64,000 nt of DNA, from NCBI GenBank assembly GCA_001599295.1, contig BCGN01000006.1, forward strand, positions 806,001-870,000, written 5' to 3'. Position 1 is the stretch's first letter. Every line of letters begins with the position of its first letter. The position numbers and the translations under genes are program-made. Source of the stretch: Sporopachydermia quercuum. Lineage: Eukaryota. Of this stretch, positions 37,619 to 50,895 are shown one piece after another. Under the pieces are notes generated by a model, which was not told the origin of the DNA, did not search any database, and saw only the letters and a program-made list of their open reading frames with translations.

Positions 37619-38305
37619 TGTAATAAATATTACTAGATTTCACAAGTTTGTTNAATATTTTCTAATTGTCCTAGACCTAACACTGTTTAGNTGCGCTATT
37701 GGTAATCTATCTCGTATGTCTTTGGACTTTTGCTTGTTTTATGGTTCCCAATAAATATATAAAAATAGATGTTTTGTATTTTATCTGTTTCAACCGAAGT
37801 CAAGTCGTTTGATTGTAAATTCCAATAAGACAGATAATTTACTGACGTTTCTTTAATTTAATGACTGCTTTTTTCTTTATCACTTGCTTTTCAAATTTTT
37901 TTGGTTNTTATGTTAAAATCAGAAGTTAATGCTGAAGTTACACCCAAACCTCAGTTGCTAGGATAAGAGTAATTTCCGAGGGGGCATGAAGAGAGTTTAT
38001 GTGAAGTCTCGTAATACCCCCCCAGAAAATGAGAGCAAAGAAAGGTTAAATAGATAAGAATCTCAATAGTGTTNTCTATTAGTGAATTGGTTGGTTGATA
38101 TTTACAAGAAACGACGTCGTGGAAAGGTATTAATAATAAATATGTTAATAAGCTGTTTTGTTTATAAATAGCAAGAATTTTGTATAGGTATGTGCTCTAA
38201 ATCTAAGATCTTGAAGCTATCNTAGTGTGAATGCGAAAGGACTTATGTGATATGAAAGTTATGGGTTAATGATACTCTTCAGTAATACCAAGAAGTTACT
38301 AAAGG

Positions 38306-38897
38306 TCATTCTGTAGAGAACATGGAAGAAGAATCGAGATTTTGAGGCTGATATTTTATTTTGGGACTGAATTGTAAACTTTCTGAATTATCTCTTGAAA
38401 GAGCANCNGCTGCTGCAACATCTGATGGACTATCGAGATCTTCTATGTCAACAGATTGACCTTCCCTGTCACCGACGCTTTCTGATATTTCTGGGATGTT
38501 TTCATTCTCGACATTGCTTTCCTTACTATTTTCTGCCGAAACTACTAAATTGACTTCATCGTCTTGTGATTCAAATACAACGTGGGATCTGAAGGCTCTT
38601 GAATAAATGCTGTAGACTACACTTTGTAGCTTTCTAACCAGTTTTCTTGAAAATGATGCCTTAGACGAAGCTGCTCTGAAACTAACATAAAATAATGATG
38701 CAAGCGCTGTAGCCAATACTGCTCCTGAAAAGAAAACGAAAAGAAACGGAAGTATCAACAGAACTAAGCCAGGTTTTATTAATACTCTATTTTCAATAGC
38801 ANTTCAAACATTTAGGTAATGACATACTTGTCAGCAGAGCTGAGAACCCGAGGATGGAGGCAGCTGTAGATGCCAGGAACGTGTTTAAACCGAACAT
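38306..38897 (-). CDS. Small hydrophobic-hairpin protein, probable promethin/LDAF1 (Ldo16/Osw5-like); 2 exons, ~175 aa
   Basis: ATG at 38897 with an in-frame stop just upstream. Exon 1 38897-38828, intron 38827-38764 (GTATGT...TATTAAT...TAG, 64 nt), exon 2 in frame with the listed ORF. About 50 aa of continuous hydrophobic sequence, then a basic helix and an acidic tail. Lies beside SUB2/NDE. Confidence 0.6.
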
Positions 38898-39548
38898 TCT
38901 TTATTGTTTTTACTTNAATCGACGAGACAGTTTAGATGACTACTCCTGATGTCTTTCCTTTTGCAAAACTAACACTTTGATGACTTGTATCTCTCAGTTT
39001 TAGAGAAGATATACGCTTTTTTCGCTCTCAGCGTACAAGAACAATATAATTATTACACTTGAGAAAAATGTTACAACTTTGACTATTCTCTCTGGACATA
39101 TACCAACTTACATGACCTTCCTTCAAGGATTATCTACAATGTCAATCAGTAATGANAAGCAAATGACGATTTGATCCACAAATATAAAATGAAGTTGTAC
39201 ATTTCCTCGAGAATTTGTACGACCAGTTTTCTTGATACCACAATAGTGAGCAAAAACATGTGATAATAANAAATATTCACTTAACTACTATTCTGTGTTC
39301 TGGGATGTATGCTATNCACTCATCACAATCACTACAATAAAAAAGTAANCAGCATTCTAAATAAACAGTTCTTCTTTTTCTTCATTGAAATATAATATCA
39401 AATAGTACAGAGAATTCATATAAGGACCATGCTCCTCTATACACTTAATGTAATAAGGATTGTGCAAGTCAACTCAATACGATAGGTATAGGTCTATACA
39501 TGAGTAACAGAGCCAGCAAGACGTTGATTGTAGTTGAAGTCAAAGGGA

Positions 39549-40957
39549 TTAATTGTTGGAGTAGGTAGCACTATCAACACCTTCTTCAGGGAATGGAAGA
39601 ACAGTGACTTCAAAACGACCTTGGATTTTGTCAAGGATGGCTTTATCTTCGTCAGTAGAAATGAAAGAAACAGCCAAACCCTTAGTACCGAATCTACCAG
39701 CTCTACCGACACGATGTAAGTATTGGTCATCATCAGTTGGCATATCATAATTGATAGCCAAGTTGATTCTTTCAATATCAATACCTCTACCAAAAACATC
39801 AGTACAGATGCAGATTCTAACCTTGAAATCCTTAAATAACTTATATAAAGAGATTCTTTCTTCTTGACGTAATCCAGAATGAACAGCAATAGATGGGAAA
39901 CCATTGTCTCTCAAAAGCTTGTTCAAAGCTGTAGCACGGAAGGTAGAATTAACAAAGATGATACATTGATTGAATTCAATAGTATCTAGCAGGTGACTTA
40001 GATGACCATTCTTTTCCTTTTCCAACAATTTAATGTAATATTGCTGTAAACCGTGTAAAGTAAGTTTAGTTTCGTCATCAACATAAACTTCTAATGGATT
40101 TTGCATAAATTTCTTGCAGATGGGTCTGACATCGGCAGATAAAGTAGCGGAAAACATCATAACTTGCTTGGCAGTAGGAGTGTGGAAGAAAACTTCTTGA
40201 ACATCTCTTCTCATATCGTTTTGTTCCAGAACCTTATCACATTCATCAACGACAAATGCCTTCAAGTTGTTTAATCTCAAATACTTTTCTCTGACAAGGG
40301 CATTTAAACGACCTGGTGTACCAACAACAATATGAGGACAAGTATCCTTGTTCTTCAAGATCTCAATATCTTTAGAAATGGCAGTACCACCATAGAAAAC
40401 GCCAGTTTTGATATCAGGTAGATATTTCGAAAATCTGATGTACTCGTTTTTGATTTGGAAAGCCAATTCTCTNGTATGACAGAAAACAATGACTGATACT
40501 TCACCTGGAACAGGATCAACCATGTTCAAAGTGGACAAGACAAATACAGCAGTCTTGCCAAGACCGGACTTGGCTTGACAGAGAATATCACTGTTGGAAA
40601 CAGCTTGTGGTATACATTTTTGTTGAACTGAGACATATTAGTATTTAGTGATATTAAAAAACAATCAGATTATTGTTTAAACATTGATCGACAAAAAAGG
40701 AAAAGATCAAACAAACGTCAATACTTACCTTCAGAAGGATGTTCAAAACCACAATCAGCAATAGATCTCAAAAGTTCGCCCTTAAGTTGCATATCATTGA
40801 AGCCAGTGGAATGGATTCCAACATAACTACCCTTCTTAGTACTGTCATCACCTTCAGCAGCAGCAGCTTCAGTGGTGGCAGTTTCAGTTGTAGTTGGGAC
40901 AGCAACGTCTTCACTATCGGAGTAGTCCAAAAGTTCTTCTTCGCCTTCGTGTGACAT
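39549..40957 (-). CDS. SUB2: DECD-box RNA helicase Sub2/UAP56; 2 exons, ~435 aa
   Basis: [16 protein letters not shown] start at 40957; intron 40728-40628 (GTAAGT...TACTAAT...CAG). The junction restores [28 protein letters not shown] and HRVGRAGR motifs present. Confidence 0.97.
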
Positions 40958-42762
40958 TTTGCTCGATATGTGATTAATAAGTTTTCCCTGATTTAAAGAA
41001 TCGGTGCTAATAAACGGATTAGAATCATATTCTCTTAATGAGATTTCAAAACAAACTGGAAACGTATCATGAAATGAACTAGAAACGCATGCAAACAAAA
41101 AGAACTGAGTTAAGACTAAAATCAACATTGCTGAACTCAATATCATGTGAGTAGTTTATAATATGTCATAAATTAACCGCAACTTTTTGAATTATCATTA
41201 TTTTTTGCCAATACTGCTCCACCTTGATTCGAACAACACTCAGTCAAAAAAATAAANTAAGTATAATTAAAAAGAAAGGAATATCTTTTGTATATAAAAT
41301 CGTCTTCATCTCACCAGCCGCTATCCAAAGAACATGTATAACATGAATGTTCAACACAGAAATTAATCATATCTATATCAGCGACTTCGGCAAAACAATA
41401 ATCAAGATCTCAGTTCAGTTGAAGAACGAAAATGTTGTCTTCAGATGTTATTCTATTTGATACAAATTACCAAACCTCTGCCGCAACAGTTGTTCAAATA
41501 ACCAGAAGCACAAATCAAATGAGTAATCTTTATCGTTTATTTAATGGATTGGACATATGAATTGCAATAACAATGCCCTGTTCCGAAGGGTGTTCATCAT
41601 TCGAGAAACAAGTCGCAGATTTTTCTCAAACAGTGGTTATGAAAATTTCATTCNTATGACTCTATCAACTGTCATTTGAAATACCATCGCAATGTACTTG
41701 CAACATATACATATAGTAGGTGACAATAAGAGCATGAATTGAGGTGAATTCTGGANAAATGGAAAGCTCGCTATTGGAAATGATGGAATTCATAATAGTG
41801 TACCAAAATCAAAAATTGAAAACAATCTGCCATCACAAGTTTAATCAAAAGAACATATTGGTTCCTTTGATGAACTAGAAATTCNTTCTATGTTCACACA
41901 TAAAACCAATTCATAATGAAAGATCACAAGATCCTTTAACAAGCTTGTTAGGGTGCATGAACTCACTACCATATATATAGTCCCAAAGTATGNATTTAGG
42001 CTTATATTCTGATTGATGGCAGCATTATGATGTTTGTTGACTCGTTCGTTCGTTGGGTTGCTTATTNCTTGTTCATTTGCTCTTCTGTTTCTTTCAGTTC
42101 TTAATGTTGCAACAAGTTTTCATAGTTCTTTTACTTAGACCTTATATTATTGCTAACGTACCTTTGCAATACACTTGTGTCAAATGTCAAGTTTAGTTGC
42201 GATTTCGATCTAGATCAACGATATTTTGTATTACTGGTTTTCAAAGACAACAAGGTGTGTTCTCATTGCCATTGATGGTAAAGTGAAGAACATAAATACA
42301 ATCTGGCTTTAAAGAAAACATCAGAAGGAATACGCCAGACCCCTAGCNAAAGAGATAATTTGGTGAATGGGTGTTTTGATTACTGCATTTGGTAAACCTA
42401 AAAAGNGGTAACACTGGAGATGATAATCAGAAGTGACAGTGNGAGAACTATATTAGAGGCACCCCCAATTGGATATCTGAGAGAACTAACAATAGAGGTN
42501 GGCTAAATTCCATGGGTGAATAATTAATCAGTCGATGGGATCAGTAACTGAAGAAGATGAAGAGTAATACAACGATAGTACAGTACGACTAATATCAAAG
42601 CTATTAGGTCAAAAGTATGATTGAATTCTAGATATGTAGGCANACCTCTTAATAAGATTAAAAATGATACAACAGNTACAATATCTGTAGCTTGGTAAAA
42701 ACTGTGGTACACAGTATGAATGAAGAATATGAAAGAATGAGTGGAGATAAGAAACAGTATGT

Positions 42763-44505
42763 TTATTCACGAGAAACATCTCTTCCAAACATACTGACCT
42801 TCAACCAATCAAGAACAACCAAAATCTTATTTCTAACAGAGAAACACATAGATACATAAGCAGATCTCCAGAAAATATAAGTCATGGTACCACCAGTTGA
42901 GACATTACTCCAGTTACCCCAAACCAAATCAGCAACAGCTCTATCGGAACCAATATATGCTAATGAACCTTGATGTGAGTATTCAAATGGAAGTAAAGAC
43001 CTAACACGTCTCAGTTTTCTAGTCTTGGCTTCAATTTCACCGAGAACAACTTTACGGTCGGCTTCATCAGTTTGTTGAGCAGCTAAAGCTTGTAATTTAG
43101 AGACTTCAGCCTCAGTAATATCAGCCTCTTCTAACTTGTTGAATAATTTAGCCAAATAAACACCTTGTTGAGCAGCTACTTGAGCAGTTGGTGCATATTT
43201 AGTTGAAGTGCAATCACCCAAAGCCCAAATATTTTCAGCTCCTGAAACAACCAAAAATTCATTAACTAATAAACCTCTACGTGAGTTCTTCTGCTCAGGA
43301 ATATTAGCAATCAAATCTCGAACAATAGGTCTAGGAGCATTACCAGTGGCCCAAACTAATAAACCATATGGAATCTCTACAATCCCAGGTTGTCCATCTT
43401 TAGTAGTTTCCTTAGCAAATACAGTAGTATCAGTAACTCTTTGAACCATAGTCTTGGTCTTGACCTTGATCTTTTCAGCTTCAAAAACTTCTTCGGTATA
43501 ATCAATCAATTTCTTGTTGAAAGAGGGCAAAACATTAGGTAAAGCTTCAATTAATGTAACCTTGAAATCATCGGAAATATCAGGGATCCATTTCTTCAAA
43601 TCTTGATCAAAGAAATCTTGTAATTCACCAGCAAATTCAACACCAGTGGGGCCACCACCAACGACAACCATACTTAACAATCTCTTTCTTTCAGGGTCAT
43701 TCTTGTCCAATAACATAGCTTCTTCAATACAATCCATAATCTTTCTTCTGACTTTTTGAGAATCAGGAATTTCCTTCAAAAAGCATGCATTTTCCTGAAC
43801 ACCTGGGATACCGAAAGTTGAGTTTTGAGCACCAACGCCAATAACAACATAATCATAGTTAATTGTCTTTACAGTGTCTTTCTTACCATCAAATGAACCA
43901 GTGATACTAACAGTCTTAGTGTTAGGATCAACCTTAGTAGCAGTACCTTCTAAGAACGTAACTTGAGCTTGCTTTTGACGAACGATACTTCTAATTGGTT
44001 CCATAATTGAACGATGTTCAATGGTACCAGTAGGACATGAAGGTAACAGGGGAGTGAACAAAAAGTAATTTCTAGGGGANACAACAACGATATTATACTT
44101 GGAAGCATCAATCTTCTTCAATAAGGAAACTGATCCCCATCCAGAACCTAGAATGACTAAAGTCTTCTTATCAGGGTTTGGTGGTGCTTGTTCAGCAGGA
44201 AATCTAGTCTTAGTGATAGTATATCCAATGTACACAGTACCACCAATGATACTTAACCAAGTTAACCTCCAGACAGCCTTAAAGAAGCCCATTCTTTTCT
44301 TCTTGGGTCCAGCAGGAGGTGGAGCGGTCACAACTGCCGCTTCAGGGGCTTTTGGTTCAACAGGAAGCTTTTGATTGAACACTGACCTAGAATATGACAA
44401 GTATCTGGCTGATTGACCAAATACTCTTTGGTTAATGCCAGTATTGGTTAATTGCCTTGCGGGAGTCAAACCACGAGCCACGGTAGCGAAACCAGTNCTA
44501 AACAT
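42763..44505 (-). CDS. NDE1: External mitochondrial type II NADH:ubiquinone oxidoreductase
   Basis: Presequence plus TM segment, VILGSGWG, PRNYFLFTPLLPS, VVVGGGPTGVEFAGE, ALGDC, TAQVAAQQG, C-terminal FGRD. Co-orthologue of NDE1/NDE2. Confidence 0.93.
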   Translation of the reverse strand: MFXTGFATVARGLTPARQLTNTGINQRVFGQSARYLSYSRSVFNQKLPVEPKAPEAAVVTAPPPAGPKKKRMGFFKAVWRLTWLSIIGGTVYIGYTITKTRFPAEQAPPNPDKKTLVILGSGWGSVSLLKKIDASKYNIVVXSPRNYFLFTPLLPSCPTGTIEHRSIMEPIRSIVRQKQAQVTFLEGTATKVDPNTKTVSITGSFDGKKDTVKTINYDYVVIGVGAQNSTFGIPGVQENACFLKEIPDSQKVRRKIMDCIEEAMLLDKNDPERKRLLSMVVVGGGPTGVEFAGELQDFFDQDLKKWIPDISDDFKVTLIEALPNVLPSFNKKLIDYTEEVFEAEKIKVKTKTMVQRVTDTTVFAKETTKDGQPGIVEIPYGLLVWATGNAPRPIVRDLIANIPEQKNSRRGLLVNEFLVVSGAENIWALGDCTSTKYAPTAQVAAQQGVYLAKLFNKLEEADITEAEVSKLQALAAQQTDEADRKVVLGEIEAKTRKLRRVRSLLPFEYSHQGSLAYIGSDRAVADLVWGNWSNVSTGGTMTYIFWRSAYVSMCFSVRNKILVVLDWLKVSMFGRDVSRE

Positions 44506-44546
44506 AGCAGATTATATATTCTTCGCAGCTGATTCTTATGTCACTT

Positions 44547-47500
44547 GATTAAATGCAATTTCCCAGAGTCAACCAATTATTACAATAATCCCTTACTAGT
44601 GTATTTGAATCAAATAAATTCAATGGTATATGATTCAACAAATAGTTCTTTCTACAAGGTCAAGGGAGTTTGTTGATTGATGATGTATTTTGATAGTGGG
44701 TAATCTATCCTTATGCATACACTAAGAAGTCAACTAATCTTATAATAGCTTCCTACTAATAACTCCTTATTAGTTGGCTGAACACAAACAAAAAGATCAT
44801 AAAGAAAAGTTTCATTAAATTGGCTCTTGGTAAGCATTGTTGATTTCAAGGGAAGAAGAAAAGGAAAAATGGAATAGTAACAAGACTGTCATANACAGAG
44901 ACTGGTTGAGGAGGCCTTTAGTTTACCTAACCCAATTATCTTTGCTTGCTCATAGGTAAAGAAATTTTTAGTATTAAGATTTCTTCCGTAACTGGGAGCT
45001 TCCCTCAGTAGGCAGACAATGGGCGTTTGCGGAATGTACGGATTGGCTGCAATGGGATTAGAGGTTATTTTTTGTACGCAGAAGTGATGAGATATTCCAG
45101 TGTCATGACAAAACAACAGAAGAGGACAAATGATTTGTCAGAGGAGTAAAATAGAGCTTTTTTTTATTAGCACGTGACAAACAATAGGAACTTGTGACAT
45201 GGATGTGAGTATATAGGAGCGATGATTTATGGTAGTAATTGAGAGAAGATAAGAAATTAAGTAGTGGTTGCGTGTTNGAATTCACGATATCAATTAAGTG
45301 TTCAACGAAAAATTGATTTCTCGATGTATCGGTATCTCATCGGTAATTGATTGCTCNAGTATAACGAGCATGAATTATGAAAGAAAAAGTCAAAAGTAAG
45401 ATGTTTGAAGGACAGGGAAATCAGGNACAGCCTTACCGACAGCTCAATTAAATCCTGAAAAATTAAGACATGGGAGGTGAGCACAACAAAATGATCAACA
45501 ATTACTTAAATCTAGNAAGTTCTTATTAGTATCACAAAGATAATTCAACTTAATTGCAGGTACTGATAATGAGAATTCAAAAAACGGAAAATGATTGAGT
45601 ACTAGAATCNTTGAGGTGTACTCAATCACAAGGCGTGGCTTTCATGATGAGAGTAAGTCAAATGAGTTCAATTCAAGTAGACATTTGATTTGGTTCTTAT
45701 GTTTGCCATATATATTGGTCCTATCCTGACAATCAAATACAGGAATTTTTCAAACCCCTGATACCTTTTTAATCCCTAGGTTCTCTAATTGTGATTGTGA
45801 TGATAATCTCTCTATTGTACGAAAAATGAGCCATTCTACTGGTAACAGAACTGACTGAGTAGCATCAATTGCCCGATCATACGGTTAGTTATAAGGACAT
45901 GGTTCTGAATTGAGCTCAGTCGTTCTTTATTATACTCATAATCACTCAATTGACATTATCAGTAATTGTTTTGCCTTGATCTGCTAATGTTTGAATGAAT
46001 GAATGTCTTCATAAATAGAACAATTGCTAAAGTCACTTGTCTACCTGGCCTGGAGTTTTAATCATTCTGTTCTTGTGGTATCAATTACGGTTGTGACAAG
46101 ATAATGTCAGACTCCTTGGCTGCTTGTCTTGTTCTTNACAACGCACATTTCTGTCTGTAAGTAAATATCTCTCGGCAGCACTTTCTCATTTGCAATGCAT
46201 GGCTCGTCCTCCAGTTCTTTTTGCTTTTATGTTTTGCCAACAGATTGATAGCATTTATTGAACATTTTAAATTCTTTNATCAAGGAAAAACTAAGAGCAG
46301 TATACTACCTTTNAGCACAAGTATAGCCCCTATCTTTTCTGGATGATCAAGTAGAATCAAAGTGAATCAACTGAAATCTCAAAATAAATTTGCATGTGAA
46401 TGACAATACTTTACGTATAGCTGTCATACAAATCTTCATTTCCATGTCTTGATAAAATACGGATTGAGACATTTATCAAAAGGAAGAATAAAACTGAAAT
46501 ATCACTGGGATATCAACAATCAATCATATATATTGTTTTCAGATACAACTAACAGATGAAAGCTAAAAGATGACTTNNNNNNNNNNNNNNNNNNNNNNNN
46601 NNNNNNNNNNNNNNNNNNNNNNNNNNNNNNNNNNNNNNNNNNNNNNNNNNNNNNNNNNNNNNNNNNNNNNNNNNNNGATTAAATGCAATTTCCCAGAGTC
46701 AACCAATTATTACAATAATCCCTTACTAGTGTATTTGAATCAAATAAATTCAATGGTATATGATTCAACAACTAGTTCTTTCTACAAGGTCAAGGGAGTT
46801 TGTTGATTGATGATGTATTTTGATAGTGGGTAATCTATCCTTATGCATACACTAAGAAGTCAACTAATCTTATAATAGCTTCCTACTAATAACTCCTTAT
46901 TAGTTGGCTGAACACAAACAAAAAGATCATAAAGAAAAGTTTCATTAAATTGGCTCTTGGTAAGCATTGTTGATTTCAAGGGAAGAAGAAAAGGAAAAAT
47001 GGAATAGTAACAAGACTGTCATANACAGAGACTGGTTGAGGAGGCCTTTAGTTTACCTAACCCAATTATCTTTGCTTGCTCATAGGTAAAGAAATTTTTA
47101 GTATTAAGATTTCTTCCGTAACTGGGAGCTTCCCTCAGTAGGCAGACAATGGGCGTTTGCGGAATGTACGGATTGGCTGCAATGGGATTAGAGGTTATTT
47201 TTTGTACGCAGAAGTGATGAGATATTCCAGTGTCATGACAAAACAACAGAAGAGGACAAATGATTTGTCAGAGGAGTAAAATAGAGCTTTTTTTTATTAG
47301 CACGTGACAAACAATAGGAACTTGTGACATGGATGTGAGTATATAGGAGCGATGATTTATGGTAGTAATTGAGAGAAGATAAGAAATTAAGTAGTGGTTG
47401 CGTGTTNGAATTCACGATATCAATTAAGTGTTCAACGAAAAATTGATTTCTCGATGTATCGGTATCTCATCGGTAATTGATTGCTCNAGTATAACGAGCA

Positions 47501-48706
47501 TGAATTATGAAAGAAAAAGTCAAAAGTAAGATGTTTGAAGGACAGGGAAATCAGGNACAGCCTTACCGACAGCTCAATTAAATCCTGAAAAATTAAGACA
47601 TGGGAGGTGAGCACAACAAAATGATCAACAATTACTTAAATCTAGNAAGTTCTTATTAGTATCACAAAGATAATTCAACTTAATTGCAGGTACTGATAAT
47701 GAGAATTCAAAAAACGGAAAATGATTGAGTACTAGAATCNTTGAGGTGTACTCAATCACAAGGCGTGGCTTTCATGATGAGAGTAAGTCAAATGAGTTCA
47801 ATTCAAGTAGACATTTGATTTGGTTCTTATGTTTGCCATATATATTGGTCCTATCCTGACAATCAAATACAGGAATTTTTCAAACCCCTGATACCTTTTT
47901 AATCCCTAGGTTCTCTAATTGTGATTGTGATGATAATCTCTCTATTGTACGAAAAATGAGCCATTCTACTGGTAACAGAACTGACTGAGTAGCATCAATT
48001 GCCCGATCATACGGTTAGTTATAAGGACATGGTTCTGAATTGAGCTCAGTCGTTCTTTATTATACTCATAATCACTCAATTGACATTATCAGTAATTGTT
48101 TTGCCTTGATCTGCTAATGTTTGAATGAATGAATGTCTTCATAAATAGAACAATTGCTAAAGTCACTTGTCTACCTGGCCTGGAGTTTTAATCATTCTGT
48201 TCTTGTGGTATCAATTACGGTTGTGACAAGATAATGTCAGACTCCTTGGCTGCTTGTCTTGTTCTTNACAACGCACATTTCTGTCTGTAAGTAAATATCT
48301 CTCGGCAGCACTTTCTCATTTGCAATGCATGGCTCGTCCTCCAGTTCTTTTTGCTTTTATGTTTTGCCAACAGATTGATAGCATTTATTGAACATTTTAA
48401 ATTCTTTNATCAAGGAAAAACTAAGAGCAGTATACTACCTTTNAGCACAAGTATAGCCCCTATCTTTTCTGGATGATCAAGTAGAATCAAAGTGAATCAA
48501 CTGAAATCTCAAAATAAATTTGCATGTGAATGACAATACTTTACGTATAGCTGTCATACAAATCTTCATTTCCATGTCTTGATAAAATACGGATTGAGAC
48601 ATTTATCAAANGGAAGAATAAAACTGAAATATCACTGGGATATCAACAATCAATCATATATATTGTTTTCAGATACAACTAACAGATGAAAGCTAAAAGA
48701 TGACTT
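44547..48706 (+). repeat. 2030-bp direct duplication (44547-46576 and 46677-48706) flanking a 100-N gap; probable assembly overlap
   Basis: The copies are offset by exactly 2130 bp and are essentially identical, including shared N positions. Differences seen: 44642 a vs 46772 c, and 46481 a vs 48611 n. Confidence 0.92.
46577..46676. other. Scaffold gap (100 N)
   Basis: Run of exactly 100 N. Confidence 0.99.
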
Positions 48707-50556
48707 ACATTAATAGCGATACTCATATTATATTTCCAATACATTTCACAATCCTGAATGATAATGAAACTTCTCTTAACACATTCATCTTAATAAAGGC
48801 CCTTCCANCGCGTCTCACCCTCAATTAGTTATACGTAACCCTCGCGCTTCCACATTGGAAAATGACAATGGATAATAAACTAGTTTTTGATAACGAAATC
48901 ATTAATTTGAACTCACCTCGGCTCCATTACCTGATTGATCGTTCTAACTGAAGGATAAAAACAGGAATTAAATACGAGAAATAAGTAAGAACTTTCATTA
49001 TCATCTCTATNGAAACAATTGAACCGATGCCAATGACAACTGAAACCAAGAAAAGAAACTATAGAAATTAATCATTCACGAGTCATTCTTNNTAACCCCG
49101 AGGAAAGTGAAATATTTACTCTGAAGCTTATTACTATACTGAACGTTCATCTTATATTTGAGTTTCATGTTCAAATAGCCTACACCATANTTTCATAGTT
49201 CGGTTGAATATATTGCATAATAGTGGAAAATTTCAACATCTATATATTACCTTCTTTTCCCCTATTTACTTATGATAAACTGCATCTCTTACCGGAGAAT
49301 TTCATCCGATAATGATACTTTGTTCGAGATTCACGATTTTCTTATTGTTTGTGTGACAATTTGAAGACAATAATGTCAAGACATTTCTGATCCCCTGTGT
49401 AGATGACATACNAATTGCAGAGCCATTAAGCTCATAATGATAATATTACTGGAAAATACAAAAATCAATTAATATGTGATACTTTNTATACATATATTAT
49501 ATAATCACAATCATAGATTGCGTCTTGTCCTTTATCTTTTGGTTCNATTTTGATAGGTATTACGTATGAAAACCAGTTGTAATTCATATTCTTTTAGGCT
49601 AAACAGGAAGAATAATTATACTTCACGGAACAGCCATGTTTCCCCAATATGGAAATCTTCCTTCTTTCCACCCGGCATGGAAAANAATTTTGGTCCGTTC
49701 GGAAACGATTTCTTAAATCAATTTATAGTTGTCTGTTCCCTTAAACCTTTTGACCCAATTTGTTTCGGTTCTCTTCTGATCATTGAACGGCTTCTTCTGT
49801 AAAAAAANGTATTAGAAACAGATTAAGAAGTTAGGTAGCCAGGTTACTCTAGAAATANGTTAGAGAAATAAAATGATTATTTCAAACGAGTCATGACAAA
49901 AATGTCTCGATAAATCCTGCTTCTATACGGAAGCGTGTCACACGAAAGGAATTTGCGTTCCTATCCATAAATGGTTTATCCACCTTTGCGATGACAGATA
50001 GATCTAGGCAATTGCTTTTATATCTAGATGTAATGATGGCTAATGAGATGATGATAAGATTGACGAGAGAGAACTGTAGTTAACTATTTGCAAAATTGCT
50101 CATCAATAGTTTAATCTTGATCGAATTCTAGTTGGGTAGTGGTGAAAGCGATACTTAAAGTGATATTTCCTCGAAAAATTGTTCATAACGAATTTTATCC
50201 CGTTTATGTTCTTAAATTTCCGATTTCCAATGGTCTCAATGATTTCTTTTGTTGCAGGATTCAAATTAGGTAGTTTAACCAAGGAAATCAAGTTNGATTT
50301 TGGTAATAGAGTCGACATCAAGCTTTTGTTAGAATAATTTCCGAAATGTTCCAAAATTAGGAAATGATAGTACGACGAATATTGCGACAGTGAAACTACT
50401 TTATCACCACAAGTAAACAGTTCTTTTACTTATATTAAAAGAACTGTTGATTGAATTAAAACCTTCATATATATATTAATANGCATCATTCAAATCATTC
50501 ACTTACTGGATAGCTNTTTAATGCTCAATACTAATTATGCCCTAATATAGTTAGTA

Positions 50557-50583
50557 TCACGTGACAAAGCATCAACCACGTGA
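50557..50583. promoter_or_regulatory. Paired CACGTG (Cbf1-type) sites upstream of DIA4
   Basis: TCACGTGAC at 50557-50565 and CACGTGA at 50577-50583. Confidence 0.5.
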
Positions 50584-50895
50584 TATTCTTTTCACCACCA
50601 ATTACATNTTTTGTCCATCTACGAGATGTGAAACGATGAATTTTACGATGATTACGACGAGAGTAATAGTACTATTGGCAATGAAACAGCACCAACGAAC
50701 ACCAGTAATAGTAGTGATAGTTATGATGACACTTATGGTGATATTGATATAGGATAACTGATTATTTACTTGATTCATTGTCACATCATCTCTTTCTGTT
50801 CGTTCTCCGTTNTCTCCAATTGTCTCCAAAGTTTTCATTGAAAACTCTCCATGATCCAGCAAACGCTTTAATTTTGCTCTACCAACATTCTAACC

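Noticed and set aside
40958..41146. 63-codon in-frame extension of SUB2 with a signal-peptide-like start
   Set aside because: Sub2 orthologues start at MSHEGEE and are nuclear; an open frame of this length in a promoter can arise by chance.
41348..41461. ISDFG kinase-like motif in a ~37-codon ORF between SUB2 and NDE
   Set aside because: No other kinase motifs nearby in any frame; likely chance.
44889..47614. Duplicated short ORFs suggesting an LTR or mobile element
   Set aside because: No TG...CA ends, target-site duplication or transposon coding sequence; the duplication is explained by the scaffold gap.
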